Source: Basidiobolus meristosporus CBS 931.73 (taxonomy: Eukaryota; Fungi; Basidiobolomycota). Taken from it: a stretch of DNA of 64,000 nt. The notes beneath the pieces are model-generated. The model saw only the letters and a list, made by a program, of their open reading frames with translations. It did not search any database and had not been told where the DNA came from. The stretch is from assembly GCA_002104905.1 (NCBI GenBank), contig MCFE01000191.1, positions 1 through 64,000 of the forward strand, given 5' to 3'. The position numbers and the translations under genes are program-made. This document shows, in pieces, positions 60,449-64,000 of the stretch. The first letter of the stretch is position 1. Every line of letters begins with the position of its first letter.

Positions 60449-63400
60449 TGTTGTAAAAATTTGTATTTCCATCTAAATATTCACCTAACTTAGTCACTTA
60501 GATCATCACCTTCAAATCCTAGAGAATATTGACCAAATTCCTTGTCGGGATTTACTAGAATATTTTCACCAAAATACCAGGTACCCAGAACATGAAAATT
60601 CTCAAAGTTGTCCAAACAGCCCCAAACTTTGCACACATGTTCTTGGGACCTTTCTTATCCTATTCTACGTGTTTGTAATGCCAAGACCAGGTAAAAGTAT
60701 AAATACTACTTTTACATTCAATAAATCATTAAGTGAAAACCACATAATCTACTTGTTCTCCCAATCACTTCCAATATCTCCAAGACTCTTACAACAGGTT
60801 ATGAGCCCCAAGCTGTCACTCTCTGCAATGTCTACTACTGCTATTACTGGAATTTTTCCCTCTGCTGAAAAGTTGGATGGCTCTAACTACCAAGTGTGGA
60901 AGGTGAAGATGAAGATGCTGCTACAAGAAAGAGGCCTTTGGGATATTGTCATGGGAGAAGAATGCCCTCCTAAAAACGTGGGAGAGGAAGCCTTAAAGTA
61001 CCAGAAGAAAGAACAAAGTGCCTTTAACTGCATTTGCCTTAATGTTAAGGACAAATTGCTGGTTCAATGCTCAAGAGCAAAAACGGCAAAGAATACCTGG
61101 AAAGCATTAGAAGACACCTACCAGTCATGTTCAGCTGCTAAGAAAATGTATCTGAGACAAAAATTCTTTACTACAAAGATGCTGCCAGGAGAAGAAATGA
61201 AAATCTAATTAACAGAATTACCCTGCTGGTAGATGAGATGAAATCTGTGGGCGTACCAACTGCTTATGAGGATGTGATAGTTACCATCCTGAATAGCCTG
61301 ACAGACACGTTTCAGGGCCTTGTATCAGCTCTAGAGTCCAGAACTGAAGATTTGACCTTAAATTACGTATATGGAAGGCTCCTGGATGAAGAATTAAGAA
61401 AAACAAGCGCCAATAAGAAGGAAGAAGAAAATGCTTTAATAAGCAATGATAACCAACAAAGGAGGTACCCAAGACCCTACAAAGGTAACAGCAACCTGTT
61501 TTGTAACTACTGCAAAAGGAAAGGACACACATCAGACTGGTGTCTCAAAAAGAAAGATAATCAGCAAAAGAAGCCTGAATATGGAAATGCTGCAACAACT
61601 GAAGATAGACTATTCATATCTGCACTAAATATGACCACAAACAAGGATTCTCAGACGTGGTATATTGACTCTGGAGCTTCTCAACACTTTAGACACCAAA
61701 AAGAACTTTTTACCCAATATCAAGAAATTCCAATTAAGAAGGTTTTCATGGGTGACAATAGTACACTTGATGCAGTGGGAGAAGGAACTATCCAAGTAAA
61801 CCTTAGAAGCAGTGAAGGAAGCCATACACTGACCTTTAAAGAAGTACTCTATGTACCAGACATAGCCAAGAACCTACTCTCTGTAAGCAAGGCCACAGCA
61901 GAAGGACTCAGTTTCAGTTTTGACAATTCTGGATGCAGGATCACTGATCAAAATGGTGCTCATATTGCTTCAGGCATCAGAGATCAGAATCTATACAAGT
62001 TGACTTATATTCCATCATATTTGGAAGCCAATATAAGTAACTTAAATGAAGAAACACCAATGCTTTGGCACAGGAGATTTGGACACATCAATTTTGATTA
62101 TTTGCGTAAAATGATCAGAAATCAGCTAATTTCTGGAGTGAAAATTGATCCCCCAGCTAATTTGGAGCAATGTGAAGCCTGCATATATGGGAAACAAGCC
62201 AGACAACTGTTCAAGAGCTCTGGGTTAATCAAAACTAAGAAAAAATTAGATCTAATTCACTCAGATCTGTGTGGACCTATGCAAAATTTATCCTTAGGCG
62301 GGATGAAGTATTCAATCACTTTTATTGATGATTATACAAGATACACATGGGTCTACTTCATGGAGAGAAAGGAAGAAGCTCTGTCTAAGCTCAGGGAGTT
62401 TAAAGCCATGGTGGAGAGAGAAACTGGTAAAAAATCAAGAAAATACGCTCTGACAATGGTGGAGAATATACCTCAAAACTCTTCATCCACTTCTACATAA
62501 TTCATGGGATAAAGCAAGAGACTACTGTACCATACTCCCCACAGCAAAATGGAGTAGCAGAACCAGCTAACAGATCAATAATTGATATGGCAAGATCTAT
62601 GATCCAAGATCAAAAATTATCCTATGATTTTTGGGCGGAATCAGTTGCCACTGCTGTATATCTTAAAAATAGGAGTTATAACAGAATACTTTGTGATTCT
62701 ATCCATTTGAAGCATGTTATGGATACAGACCAAGTGCAGAACATCTAAGAATATTTGGGTGTACAGCATATGCCAAAAAACTGGCCGGAAATCAGTCAAA
62801 ATTTGAGCCAAAAAGTGTAAAATGCATATTTTTGGGCTACTGCAATGAGAGTAAGGCATACAGACTATACAATACCAAAGCAAAGAAGCTTATCAAGTCC
62901 AGGGATGTGTTGTTTTATGAAAATTCAAAATTTTCACAAAAAGTGACATCAGATGATGACAAAAATTTGATCTCAAGTCCACCAATTGTCAGGATTGAAT
63001 CAGAGCAAAACAATGAAAACTTTTTCACTCCAGAGGACTCTACAACCGTGGTTCAGCCAGAATCAGTGCCCAGGAATATCCCAGAAGTGATCATTCCAGT
63101 ATCAAATGCCTGGAGATCCAATTGGACAAGAAATAGCCCAAATTACTATATCAATGAGGGTACAAACTTAGCCTATGCCTATTCAGTCCATATTGATGAG
63201 CCCCAGACTGTAAAAGAGGCCCTAAATAGCCCTCAGACAAAGTTTTGGAGATCTGCAATGACTGAGGAATATCAGGCCCTGATGAAAAATCAAACTTGGG
63301 ACTTGGTCAAATTACCAATCAACCAAAAATCAATTGGATGCAGATGGGTCTTCAAGACAAAATACAAGGCTGATGGTACAATTGAAAGATACAAAGCAAG

Positions 63401-64000
63401 ACTTGTAGCCAAAGGATACTCTTAAACAAAAGGACTTGACTACACTGACACCTTTGCACCGGTAGCCAAGTTTAATCCCAACAGATTAATATTGGCTATT
63501 GCAGCCAAATATAAGTTATTATTCATCAAATGGATGTAAAAACTGCATTTTTGAATGAAGGACTTGATGAGGATGTGTATATGGACCAGCCTGATGGGTT
63601 TGTTGACCAAGATAACCCCCATTTGGTCTGCAAGCTTAAAAAGTCACTATATGGTATCAAACAATCACTGAGAGCCTGGAATTGCAAGATAGATTCTTAT
63701 TTGGAATCCTTGAGTTTCAAAAGAAGTAATGCTGACTATAGTATATACTATAAGCCAGATAGAGCAAATCCAGTTCTATTAGCTCTATATGTGCATGATG
63801 TTATTATAGCTGCCAATAACCTAGAAACATTGGAAGAGACTAAATTCAGCCTATCTAGGGAGTTCAAGATGTCTGATTTAGGAGAACTTAGTTACTACTT
63901 AGGGATTAAGTTCTCCATAGACAGAAGTACCCAGACTATTACCCTAAGCCAATCCAAGTATATTCAAGATATACTAAAGAAGTACAAAATGGAAGACTGT
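60449..64000 (+). mobile_element. Copia E3 nested in the gag region of E2: 5' LTR 60449-60796, PBS GGTTATGAGCCC, frameshifted gag-pol running off the window end
   Basis: TGTTG start at 60449 immediately after E2 gag sequence; colinear with E1; lesions at about 61200 and 62430, and TAA at about 63423. Confidence 0.93.

Overview
Eukaryotic, gene-dense DNA from an early-diverging fungus: 50-70 nt GT-AG introns, AA11 LPMOs, an exomer ChAPs gene and an NDR kinase. A Basidiobolus-like Zoopagomycota or a Mucoromycota host is my inference, not proven. The left end holds an intronless, bacterial-type two-module NRPS (starter C-A-T-dual E/C-A-T-TE). Its modules are a near-identical duplication except across the substrate-binding subdomain. 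Two tandem AA11 LPMO-CBM5/12 genes, MoaA and a BAHD acyltransferase follow. The middle carries housekeeping genes (NDR kinase, ChAPs, bZIP, ORC2, PUS1, trehalase, DOA1), a secreted S41 peptidase, an unusual membrane-anchored alpha-SNAP-like fusion and three DM9-repeat genes with contrasting intron patterns. The right third has two FGGY kinase paralogs with a gene-conversion mosaic flanking a Ty1/copia island, a short makorin-like RING gene, a thiol/halide methyltransferase and a second, nested copia island. The copia copies show CpG-deamination signatures. No rRNA, tRNA or CRISPR array was seen. Exon boundaries were read by eye and family assignments come from motif recall, not database searches.
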